DNA of 64,000 nucleotides from the human T2T-CHM13v2.0 reference genome, Homo sapiens: NCBI GenBank assembly GCA_009914755.4, contig CP068257.2, positions 28,480,001 through 28,544,000 on the forward strand, in the 5' to 3' direction. Below the pieces are notes generated by a model. The model searched no databases. It saw only the letters and a program-made list of their open reading frames with translations, and was not told the origin of the DNA. Of the stretch, positions 15,255 through 27,143 are shown one piece after another. The position numbers were made by a program, and so were the translations under genes. Within the stretch, counting starts at the first letter, position 1. The number at the start of each line of letters is the position of its first letter.

Positions 15255-15975
15255 TTGAGACGGGAGAGTTCCTTTGACACCTTCGCAGGACTTGCGACAG
15301 GGGTGCAGCTCGCTTACTCTGCCACCACCACGCTCAAACCCCTTGCAGGAAGGGGAGCACACAGGCGAGCGGGTGCCGGGTCCGGGGCGAGCACTTCTGG
15401 GCTCCGGCCCCCTGATAACGTCTAGGCGAGTGTCACAATTAATGTTCTTTTAGCAGTTGCCATCCGTGGACAGCTAAGGGTTCATCAGCTCAGTGGAGAT
15501 TCGGGGTGACAGCCTTTTAAACTCTGCCCTCGTGGTACCCGGGTTCTTGTCCGACATCCAGGAAGATTCAGGTCACATGGACTTAAAGGATGGTGAATGC
15601 GGATATTTTATTAAGAGGTGGAAGTGGCTGTCAGTGGAAGGGAAGATGACGAGCGGATGGTGCGGGAAGAAGGTGATCTTTCCCCGAAGCCTGGCCGTCT
15701 GCGCTGGGCTTCTTTCCGAAGTCGTGTCATCGGAAGTTAAGCCGCATCTATCTGTAGTCTCCGATGCTCAGTTGCTTCTTCTCTTCTCGACATTCAGCTG
15801 CTTGTCTCTTTGCCAGCTGAGGTCTGGGGTTTATATGGGTACAGGACAGGTGGGCAGGGTGAGCCAAAAAAGTAACATTTAGGCGGGAAAACAGGGATAA
15901 CTGTTCTCATTTAGGACCTCGGGTCCAGGCTTGAGGGTGGAGCCCTCGCCAGGGACGCCGCCCTCTTCTACCCAG
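15255..15975. other. CpG-rich block of about 0.7 kb of unknown origin, in an otherwise AT-rich, CpG-depleted region
   Basis: A rough count gives about 40 CpG dinucleotides across the block (e.g. 'ggcgagcgggtgccgggtccggggcgagc', 'gacgagcggatggtgcggg', 'tccgaagtcgtgtcatcggaagttaagccgcatc', 'ctcgccagggacgccgccctc'). I recognise no Alu, L1 or MaLR signature in it. Confidence 0.4.
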
Positions 15976-17832
15976 TATTTTCCTGCCTCCTGTCTGTATC
16001 AAAATGATGCTTCGAATTTAGTTTTAAAATTGGCATTATCATATCTTAAATTAAAAGTTTATCGATATGGGTCACCAACACATGTTTTTTAGGATTATGT
16101 TTCTAGGTGGCTTCCACTCAGTGCCTGCAGAAAAAAACAAAACAAAATAAAAAAAAAACCCAAAAAACAAAAACACTTGACTAGGAGTCTAGGTTTTCAG
16201 TTTTAATATCAAGTCAGTGAATAAAAAATTGTGAGCATTATGTCATCATATTGCTCTGAGATTTTTCTTATTCACCTATAAAATGAGACATTATATTTAT
16301 ATCACTTAAGGTACCTTATAAGTCTAAAGTTCCATCTTAGTTTACATAAGAGCTTCACACTTAAAGTGTCATAGACCAATAGCAATGGTGTCACCTGGGA
16401 GCTTCTTGGAAACACAGAATCTCATGTCAGACCTTAGCTCAGATCTCATCTGTACATTAAAATTAGAAAAGCACTGTTGTAGAGTGTATATGTTAAATTG
16501 CATCACATAACCATAAATTGGATGCATACTTTTTTTATAATAACAGAGTTGGTCATTAATGTGACCTATTATTATTATTTGCCCAGAAAGCTATATATTA
16601 GCAGTCTATTATTTACTGAGTATATAATTCTCATCTTGAATTTTCCCCTCTCCTCTTATACATGGGAGGTATGGCATTTTGGTCCTCCTATTTTCTATCT
16701 GTATTTGCCTGCTTCAGACCTAGGGATTTTGGGGGAAATTTTACACAATAGGACAAAAGCAGTACATGGACACTATTGTCTTTTATGGTTTCATCCCAGG
16801 ACTGTAGTCTCTATCTCTTCTGCACATTCTAAGTGAATAATAGACTAAACTATACTGACATTTCTTTCTGAAATGAACAAAATATTTGGTTTAATTAGTT
16901 TTTCCTGTTGCATTGCTTGACATTAGCTATAATTAATGTGTTAAATGGTACATAAGTTTTCAGAGTTTCTTAATAGACAACAATCTTGGAACTCACCATT
17001 TTTCTTTTCTTCTAGGACAGATGGCTGTGTTAGTTACTTAATGTCATTGGTGATTTTCACTATGTTATGTTAATTCTCTCCTTGTATGGCATTACTCTGT
17101 CTTGCCAATTTCTAAAAAATGTGACTATATGATATTTAAAAAGTAAAATATTCAATCAAATGTTCCCTGATTTTTCTGTTAAAATTAATTATTTTAAATG
17201 AACTACTCATTTCATTGAGTGAAACAGTAAACTGATTGATGGAGTGATTTGACATTATATTAACACAGGCTTGTTAATTTCTCCTTTACCATTCTCACAA
17301 ACTAAACTGAGAAAAGTATACTTCAGCCTGCCTCTATTTCTGTGTTAAAAATCTTCATCAATCTTAAGTAATTGACATCTTCATTATTCTTCAATTATAC
17401 CACTTTGTTCCTGTATATCCAAGTGAGTTTATTTTATCACATTTCTTTCCACTGCTAAGATCTTCCTTTTTCAACAAGTCCCTACTTCCGTCAGTTCAAG
17501 TGCAAGTGAATCTATAACAAGGCACATTATTGTGTCATAGAAAGCTGTAAACATCTTAGTTTAGAAAGCAGAAATATTGATTTAGAATTACTGTTCAGTA
17601 TGCCTTCTCATGAAAATCAAAGGGCTAAAGAAAGTCAATAGGCTACTGTCTTCAAATCATCCACATATATTGCATATTTCTGGATTCAACATGCTTTTTT
17701 TTCCTCCTTGAAAGTAAGTTGTAGTGTTCCCTTTCTATCAGGTACAGAAGGCCAAAGCCTCATTTCTTTGTTATTTCAATAGCTTTTGGGGTACAAGTTG
17801 TTTTTAGTCACATGGATAAATTCTATAGTGGT

Positions 17833-20172
17833 GGGTATTAGTCTGTTTTCACATTGCTATAAAGATACTACCTGAGACTGGGTAATTTATAAACAAAAGT
17901 GCCTTAATTGACTCACAGTTCCATATGGCTGGCGAGGCCTCTGGAAACTAACAATAATGGCAGAAGGTGAAGGGGAAGCAGGCACCTTTTTCACAAGGTG
18001 ACAGGGAGACACAGAGAGAAGGTGGAAGCACCGCTTATCAAACAGCCGTATCTCCTCAGAACTCATTCAGTGTCATGAGAACAGCAAGGGGGAAATCTGC
18101 CCCCATGATCCACTCACCCTCCATCAAGCCCCTCCTTTGACTCGTGGGAATTACAATTCGGGATGAGATTTGGGTGTGGACACAGAGACAAGCCATATAA
18201 TTCCATCCCCCGCCTGGCCCTTCCCAAATTTCATGTCTTTTCACAATTCAAAACCAATCATGTGTTCTTAACAGTGCCCCAAAGTCTTAATTCATTCCAG
18301 CGTTAACTCAAAAGTCCAAGTCCAAAGTCTCATCTGAGACAAGGCAAATCCCTTCTGCCGATAAGCCTGTAAAATCAAAAGCAAGTTAGTTACTTCCAAG
18401 ATACAATGAGGGTGTAGGAATTAGGTAAGTGTTCCCATTACAAATAACCCAACTGGGCAGTCATTAAACCTGAAAGCTTCCAAATCTCCTTTGACTCTAT
18501 GTCTCACATCCAGGTCATGCTGATGCAAGAGGTGGGCTCCCATGCCCTTGGGCAGCTCTGCCCCTGTGGTTCTCCAGGGTACAACCCCTGTGGCTGCTTT
18601 CTCAGGCTGGCATTGAGTGCCTGTGACTTTTCCAGGCATATGGTGCAAGCTATTGGTGGATCTATCTTTCTGGGGCCTGCAGGATAGTGGCCTTCTTCTC
18701 ACAGTCTACTAGGCAGTGCCACAGTGGAGATTATGTGTGGGGCCTCCAACCCTACATTTCCCTTCCACACTGCCCTAACAGAGGCTCTCCATGAGGGTTC
18801 TAACCCTGTGGCAGATTTCTGCCCGGACATCCAGGCATTTCCTGGACATCTTCCTTTTCCAGGAGGTTTGGGAACCTCTACCTAGATTTCATTTCCTCTG
18901 AGATCTAGGCAGAGGTTCCCAAAGCTCAACTCTTGTCTTCTGTGTACCCAAAGGCCCAACACCATGTGGAAGCCCCAAGGCTTGCACTCTCTGAAGTAAC
19001 GGCAAGTGTGGTACTTTGGCCCCTTTTAACCATGGCTGGATTTGGAGCACCTGGGATGCAGGGCACCAACTCCTGAAGCTGCAGAGAGCAGTATGGCTCT
19101 GGGCCCAGCTCATGAATTCATTTTTCCCCCCTGGGCCTTTGGGTCTGGGATGGGAGGGACTGCCTCAGAGAAGACCTCTGACCTGAAATGAAGATATTTT
19201 CTCCATTCTCTTGGCTATTAACATTTGGTTCCTCTTTATTCATGCAAATTTCTGCAGCCCTCTTCAATTCCTCTCCAGAAAATGGGATTTTCTTTTCTAC
19301 TGCAATGTCAGGCTGCAAATTTTTGAAACCTTTATGCTCGGCTTCCCTTTTAAACATAAGCTCCAATTTTAAATCATCTCTTTGTGAATGCATATTACTG
19401 AATGCTTTCAGAATAAGACAGGTCACCTCTTGAATGCTTTGCTGCTTAGAATTTTTTTCTGCCAGATACCCTAAACTATGTCTCTCAAGTCAAAAGTTCC
19501 ACAGATAATTAGGGGTAAAATTTTGCCAGTCTCTTTGCTAAAGCATAGCATGTGTGACTCTTATTCCAGTTCCCAATAAGTTCCTCATCTCCATCTGAGA
19601 CCACCTCAATCTGGACTTCATTGTCTATATCACTATTAGCATTTTGGTCAAAGCCATTTAACAAGTCTCTAGGAAGTTCCAAACTTTCCCACATGGTCTT
19701 ATCTTCTTCTGAGCCCTCCAAACTGATCCAACCTCTGCCTGTTCCAAAGTCCCTTCCACATTTTTATGTTATCTTTATAGCAGTATCCAACTCTTGATAC
19801 TAGTTTTCTGTATTACTCAGTTCTCACACTGCTGTAAACATACTACCTGAGACTTGGTACTTTATAAAGAAAAGAGGTTTAATTAACTCACAGTTTTACA
19901 TCTCTGGTGTTTAAGCCTCAGGAAACTTACAATCATGATGGAAGCAAAAGGAAAGCAAGGTATGTCTTACATGGTGGCAGGAGAGAAAGAGCATGCAGAG
20001 GAAACTGCCACTTTTTAAAACTATCAGATCTTGTAAGAACTCACTCACTATCAGGAGAATAGCAAGGGGGAAAACTGCCCCTGGGATCCAATCACCTCCT
20101 ACCAGATCCCTCCTCAACAATAGGGATTACAATTTGAGATGAGATTTGGGTGGGGACACAGAGCCAAACAAC
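17833..20172 (-). mobile_element. Full-length THE1/MST-class MaLR (ERVL-MaLR) element: LTR 17833-18199, internal region 18200-19808, LTR 19809-20172
   Basis: Both LTRs are the reverse complement of the THE1/MST LTR consensus ('tgtattagtc..ttctcacactgct..aaagatac.acctgagactgggtaatttataaa...ctcacagtt...catggctgg.gaggcctc.ggaaact.acaat.atggcagaagg...gattacaatt.gagatgagatttgggtgtggacacagagccaaaccatat'). The internal part matches THE1-int ('cccaaatttcatgtcttttcacaattcaaaaccaatcatgtgttcttaacagtgccccaaagtcttaattcattccagc...tctcatctgagacaaggcaa'). The flanks share 'tggtg', the expected 5-bp duplication inside the L1 target. Confidence 0.8.
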
Positions 20173-20914
20173 AACATGGTGTATTCTGAGATTCTAGTGC
20201 AACTATTACCTGAGCAATGCACACTTTAGCCAATATGTAGTATTTTTATTCCTCCCTTTGTTGAGCTCCCAAAGTCCACTATATCCTTCTGTATATCTTT
20301 GAGTCCTCATAGCTTAGCTCCCATGTATAAATGACAACTTACAGTGTTTGGTTTTCCATTCCTGAGTTATTTCACTTAGAATGATGGCCTCCAGCTCCAT
20401 CCAAGTTGCTGCAATATTTGTTTCTTTTTATGGCTGGCTAGGTAGTATTTCATGGTGTATATATACCACATTTTCTTTAACTACTTATTGGTCAATGAGC
20501 AGTTAGGTTGAAATTGTGAATTGTGCTGCTATAAACATGTGTGTTCTTGTGTCTTTTTCGTATAATGGCTTTCTTTTCCTTTGAGTAGACAGCCAATAGT
20601 GGGATTGTTAGATCAAATGGTAGATGTACTTTTAGTTCTTTAAATAATCTCCATACTGTTTTCATAGAGGTTACACTAATTTACATTCCCATCAGCATGA
20701 AAGTGTTCCCTTCCCACCACATCCATGCCAACATGAATTGTTCTTCAACTTTTTAATTATGGCCATTCTTGTGAGAGTAAGGTAATATCTTATTGTGGTT
20801 TCAATTTGCATTTCCCTGATGGTTAGTGATGCTGAGCATCTTTTCATATGTTTGTTGGCCATTTGTATGTCTTCTTTTGAGAATTGTCTATTTACGTCCT
20901 TTGCCCACCAAAAG

Positions 20915-21510
20915 AACATGGTACTGATTTACGAAATAGGCAGACAAATGGAACAGAATAGAGAACCTAGAAATAAAGCCACATACTTACAGCCAACTGT
21001 TCTTCAACAAAGCAAACAAAAACATAAATTGGGAAAGGACACTCTATTCAATAAATTGTACTGTGAAAACAGGCAAGCCACATGCAGAAGAATGAAACTG
21101 GATCCCCATCATTCACCTTTTATAAAAATCAACTCAGGATGATTTAATAACCAAATTAACAATTTTTTTCCCAAACTTCTAGCTCAAGTTTGGCATCAAA
21201 GATTTAAAATGAAGGCCTGAAACCATAAAAATTTTCAAAGATAACAGTGGAAAAATTCTGGACATTGGCATGGACAAATAATTCGTGACTAAGACTCCAA
21301 AAGCAAATGCATCAAAAACAATAAACAAATGATTCCTAATTAAACTAAAAGTTTCTGCAGAGCAAAATAAATAATCAGCAGAGTAAACAGGCAACCCACA
21401 GAATGGGAGAAAATATTTGCAAACTATGTATCTGTCAAAAGACTAATATCCAGAATCTACAAAACACTCAAACAAATCAGCAAGAAAAAAACAAGTAATC
21501 CTTTAAAAGA
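20915..21510 (+). mobile_element. L1 ORF2 segment in sense orientation, i.e. inverted relative to the adjacent antisense L1 body (5' inversion)
   Basis: 'gaacatggtactgatttacgaaataggcagacaaatggaacagaatagagaacctagaaataaagccacatacttacagccaactgttcttcaacaaagcaaacaaaaacataaattgggaaaggacactctattcaataaattgtactgtgaaaac...cagaatctacaaaacactcaaacaaatcagcaagaaaaaaacaag' matches L1 ORF2 at approximately L1 positions 5230-5870 in sense. Confidence 0.7.
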
Positions 21511-24500
21511 CTTATTTTTATTACCTAGTCTGTCATTACATAAATTAAATTGCCATCACTTACTCACAGTGTGTTATTTTCACTTGGACTTTAGAGACAA
21601 GATTCCACGTAATGAGAAGTAACAAAAATCCAAGCATAGTCTATACTGAGTGATTATCTATTTCTGCATTCCCAAGTGATACTATAATAAATGGACTTTG
21701 TCTGCATGTTATGAGCTGGCTTATACATAAGCATGGAAGTAAACCCATCCCAACTTATAAGCAAAGATGCAAATTTTACTCTCCAAACTTCCATAAGAGA
21801 GATGCAGAGAGAGAAATTTCTTTATGTGGGTTAATAGCATCATCTTTATCCTTTGTTAAAAGTTAAAAAGCATAACAGATGGATAATAGACGTCAGTGAT
21901 TTCAAATCCTGAAAAGAACCTGCTAGTCAGAGAGGTTCACTCAGCACTCGGAAATTGATGAATGAAGTAATCATTCTAGCAGCAATTGTCTTCAGCTGGT
22001 CCCATTCATAGGTATCCTATTTCTATCCTAATTTAGATTTGCTTCAGTGGCTGGCTAGATTTTTCTTTTGAAGTCACTATATATTCCCATGCGGCTCCAT
22101 TCAAATTCAAAACAATCATTATTAATATCAAATATTGGGCTATAGAAATTCTAGAAGTACTCATCTTATGCTTTATTTGAGGTACTAGACATGTCATAGG
22201 ATAGCATAGGGGAAGAACTAGTTATTCCAACTGATACTTTTTAAGTATATGCAAATTTTAAAAATATCCTGGGGAAGTGTTGAGCTATTTTTAAAAGCAT
22301 AGAAAGATTAGAGGAGCACAGAAATGTATAGAAAAACTTCTGTTGTCTGCATTTTCTAAATCACATGAACACTTTACTGAGATATGCAAATTTGAAGTGT
22401 ATTATTTTGCATGGTGGCTCACAGGGTTGCTCTCTGGAGCAACTCCTGTGATCAAAGTGACCAACATCAATGCTTATGTTAATGGATCTCCCCACCTACA
22501 ACTTGTTAAACTCCATAGAATTCCTCCATTTCAATAACTTCCACCCAGTTTCATTTTATTGTCCTTTACGTGCTGTCATACCTTGGCCCACACCATCACT
22601 TGAACTACTTTCATTCCATATCCTGTACTAGAAAATTATTTTATAACAATATCATGTACTTCATTCATTCTCTTTCCCGCATTGAACCAGATCTTCACTG
22701 TCATTATGACCTTCACTTCTTCTATAAATGTTTTTTCTTATCATCTTTGAGAACTCCCCTAGCTTTATTTCTTCATTTCCTGGTTTTCACCATGAATCAT
22801 TTCAACAATAATTTTACTAAGGACTTAGAATCAATCCCTTGTCTTCTAATAGTTTGCAATATTTTACAAATACACGCACAATCTTGAGTAAACATTATCT
22901 CATATACCTCAGCTATCAAACATTGTTGTGAGTAAAAAAGAACAATAAATGAATCATCAATAAACAACTAACAATGTCAATTCTCATAATTTAAAAAACT
23001 GGCAGCATCTTCACTTTTTCTCAGCATTCCTGTGACAATTAGCTGAGTTGATGTTTGAAAAAGACAGAATAGGCTGTGTTTTCCTTCATGAACAATCTCA
23101 AAATGTTGCTGGCTTAAAATAACAAATGCTATAGATCTCATGCTCGTTCATGTAGGTAGGGGATGGTTTTGCTGACCCAGGGAGATGGACTCTGTGCCCT
23201 TTAATAGTGCGTCTGTCACAACAAGCCTTCACGGTTCTCTACCACAAGTAATGGAAGCATAGCGCTGTGAACTAGAGGGAGAACTGAAACTTTTAGTAAT
23301 CACTAGAAATAGTTTCTACAATATTCTGATCTTTCTCATCTTTTCCAAATCTAAGATCTATTTCCCATTCTTTGCCATCTCAGTAGATAATGTTGCTCCC
23401 TATCTTATTTTGCAAACAGATGCTAAACAACTTATCACCCAATTTCTTTCCACCCCACATTTCCCTGTACATTCATTCATTTTTTTTTCTTGTTTGGCAT
23501 TCCTATAATCGTAAAGAGTTTAGAATCAGAGGCATGCATGGTTGATGTTGAAAAACAGAGAATGGCTGTTAGGAAAATAGAACTAGTTCATGAATCACAA
23601 GAGAATGAAAACTCATATATCGTAATATGATGAGGTCACTAACAAAACTGTTTAGGTGAGATGTGAAATCTGTAATCCAGGGTAGTAGTAAATGTCAGAG
23701 ACATTAAAGTAATTGAAGGCAGGGATATGGGAAGAGTAACAACTATAATTTCACCTTCACAACAGTAATCAGTGGCCCTAAAATTGTGTTTACAGTTGTT
23801 TTGGATTCTCGGATTGGGTCTACCAACACCCATTCCAACCCTTTACAGAGTTGAAAGATAGAAAACCAAATTAACAATTTTTTTCCCACGACTTCTAGCT
23901 CGAGTTTGGCATCTGATTTTGATTTTACCTTTCAGATGCATTCCCATGATACCTGGATTAGGAACTGAATCATAGAGACAGGCTTGGTGGAATGTATCCA
24001 CTTTGTTGGACAAGACCATGGAAGATGTGGCATCATCAGCATCTTTGCATTCATCAGCTCACTGTAGCAGCAGCAGCAGTTTTACCAAACATGGCCCACA
24101 CAGTGTGGTTTAACAGTCAGGAGGAGGAGCAGCAGCTACCTGATTGCCAGCTTTCTAAAGGGGAGATCACTAACTTCAACAGAAAATGAATAATTGATGA
24201 ATGGGGATTGTTTCTAGGAACTCAGTCTAATGCAGTCTCCAGGCTTTCCAACAACTCTGTAAACTCCTAAGTCCTTGTACCAAGTGTGTATTGGGCTAAA
24301 TCAGCTAACATCATTTCTATTGTTAACAACTGAACAATGACCACCATCTTGGTTGATAGAATTGGTTACATGCAACAGACCTTCAGGAAAATGGGAATTT
24401 GGAAAAGTCTACCTCAAGTATTTGGATCTGAAGGCAGTGAGAAGCCAATTAACGTTCGAAGATAGGGCAGGTATGAGATGCCAAATAAAGGCAAGTCGTT

Positions 24501-26857
24501 TATGAACAAGGTAACTACTGAAACAGACCATTATTGGAGTCTCAAGGATTAGAAAGGCTGTAAGCTTCGATGGAGAGCTCAACGTTAGAAAGTGAAAAGT
24601 CAGCATTTAAAATTTTCCACCTAAGGTGTTAGCAGAGAACTTAAAGTTTTCCAAGATCGACTTAAATAATACCTTATATTCTTTAATCTTAAAGCTGATT
24701 TGGCAAAAGTCAACTTCAGAGTCTGATTCTGTTTATTACTCAATTATAACACAAATTGAATTCATTATGTTAGATAAATCATCAGAGAAGAAGGAGACAT
24801 TAGAATTAAAATAGTGATTTGGGAATATTGAGATGACATATTAAATCTTACCAAGCCAGCCGGCAGAAACAGACCATCTTGCCTTCTGTGAAGGGACTGG
24901 GCCTGCATTGCCAAAAGACCTAGTTATAAATCATGTGTAATAGCATCTTGCACTGGGCAGCCATTTCTCTCCATGTTTTACACCTACCAGCTATCATTGC
25001 TCCCAGACCTTTAACCAGGTCATCAGGCTCCAGGGAGCAATTAAAATTCAAGCCTAGAGAGAAAAGTTATTGGCAACAGTAAAATTGCAAATTCTTTCTT
25101 TCCTAGTTTATCTCAGAGAAAAACAAAACTAAACTAAACAAAAAAAGATAGAAAGCTGGAATGTGATATAAGATCAGAAGAGACTGTGTTTTCTAACATG
25201 TTTTTACACTGATGGGAATGATTCAATGAAGAAGGTAAAAATAATAATGTATAGAAAACAGAGGGACATTTCTTGAACCCCTTCCTTAAGTGAGCAAGAA
25301 GGGATAAAATCTGGAATCTAAATACAAGGAACCTGAAACAAATAAATAGTTCATTACAACTACAAAGGAAGGCAGAGTAAGCGGCACATGCAGATGGCAA
25401 TTGTGAGCTGGAGAGTTTGTGATTCTTTTCTGATATCTTACTTTTTTTTTTCCAGTGGAGCAAGGCTCTCAGTGGAGAGTGAAGATGGAAAAGGAAATAG
25501 TGAAAATTTGAAGGCAAAAAAGATATGAACGAGTCATCCAGGAGAGTGAGAGATGAGAAAAATGGACAAGAGAAATATAAGAGACTTTCTGGCAGCAGCA
25601 AGGGTCATGAAAAAGTTAGATGACTCAAAGTACTGATGTGTCTCTCTAGACTTTGCTCAGGTGCATGGGTGCAGGTGCAGAATGGGTGGAGGGTTAGATT
25701 TAATTAGGATGGGACTTTTCCAGTTCATCACAATGAAGCAAGGGATCAGCAAGTTATCTGAGAGTGTGTGTAAGAAAGTGATTATAAAGATGGGTTAGGG
25801 ATAAGCTAGAAAGAGAAACAATGAAAGGAATGAAGTTAGTGAGGACAGGGTGAGCCCAGCTGATTATTTTGGCCCAGCCAAATGATTTTTTTCAATTGGA
25901 ACATCACAAGGAATGGATGAGAAAAATAGAATAAAGTGATTGGAGTATGGGATTCTTGAAATTTAGAGTTTGGAAAGTGTGCAATTAATGACAATGACAA
26001 AGTTTATGCTATGATTAAGAGAGGGAGTGTTAGAGATATAGTAGAAGGCAGGATCATTGGATAGGAGGAGATTTAAACAATGGAGGAACTATGGTATTAT
26101 ATTTATCATCTATGTAAATGTCAAAATCACAGGAGATTATGACAGCAGTGGAGTTCAAAGAGTGACAGTGAATAAGAAGATACAAATTTTCAAAAAATAA
26201 GGTTGAGTGTCTGAGGGGTTTATAAATGATTTTCACAAGGTGAGGGAACAGGTGGTAGAATCTGAAAACATGAGTTTTAACGTGAGGACTTTAGGAGGGA
26301 TGAAAGGATAGCGTGTGGTTGGCAGTCAGGAGTATGGAGAATCTCTACAGAACCTGCAAAGTGGTGTTTTGAGGGATGTGGGAAAGAAAACAACTTTTAC
26401 TCCACAGAACCACATTGAAATCCACGTCTTTCAGGTAGAGCCAGGCGTTAGAGCAGAAAGCCGAGGGAAACTTCAAAGAAAATAAGGAAGGTAGACAGAT
26501 AAAACAACCTGAAGATATGAGGAAGGATAGAAATACGTGTAAACAGAGCTTAGTCAAAACAAGGACATGGGCCTTGGGAGGAAGGGAGAAATTGGAAATT
26601 GTAGGCTTCTGGATATGCATATCAGACAAGGGTAAAGGAAAACAAGTGACACTCCTACCTGGCTTCAAGGTCAATTGTGTTTGTGAGACTTGGGGTGATG
26701 GAAGAAGGAGGTGAGGGTTCTTACCATGGAAGAGTTTTGGATTCCATCTTGATTCCTGCAGAGGAAAGTGTCAAGGCTAAGATGAGAGTGGTATTAATTA
26801 AAGACCATCTCTTTCTTCTTGTTTAGTTTATATTTATTCATACACCAATTTAATTAA

Positions 26858-27143
<286 letters not shown>

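Larger units (their letters stand above)
17776..21510 (-). mobile_element. Compound L1 LINE insertion (antisense): 3' tip at 17776-17832, body at 20173-20915, 5'-inverted segment at 20915-21510; carries a nested MaLR element
   Basis: The reverse complement of the L1 3' end 'atttcaatagcttttggggtacaagttgtttttagtcacatggataaattctatagtggtg' stops at 17832 and resumes at 20173 with '...tattctgagattctagtgcaactattacctgagcaatgcacactttagccaatatgtag'. It continues through the ORF2 C-terminal region ('ttgcagcaacttggatggagctggaggccatcattctaagtgaaataactcaggaatggaaaaccaaacactgtaagttgtcatttatacatgggagctaagctatgagg', read in antisense). Confidence 0.7.

Noticed and set aside
15493-15882. 129-aa ORF inside the CpG-rich block
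   Set aside because: It has no recognisable domain and no Kozak or splice context. The CpG richness suggests a repeat or regulatory DNA rather than coding sequence. I kept it only as part of the finding on the block.
16498-16836. 112-aa ORF
   Set aside because: The region is AT-rich. The product is hydrophobic, low-complexity and unrecognisable, consistent with chance.
20795-21142. 115-aa ORF
   Set aside because: It spans the L1 inversion junction and is a translation of decayed L1 ORF2 sequence, not a host gene.
25134-25601. 155-aa minus-strand ORF
   Set aside because: The product is low-complexity and Ser/Leu/Phe-rich, with no motif, no start context and no supporting signals. It is a random open frame in AT-rich DNA.
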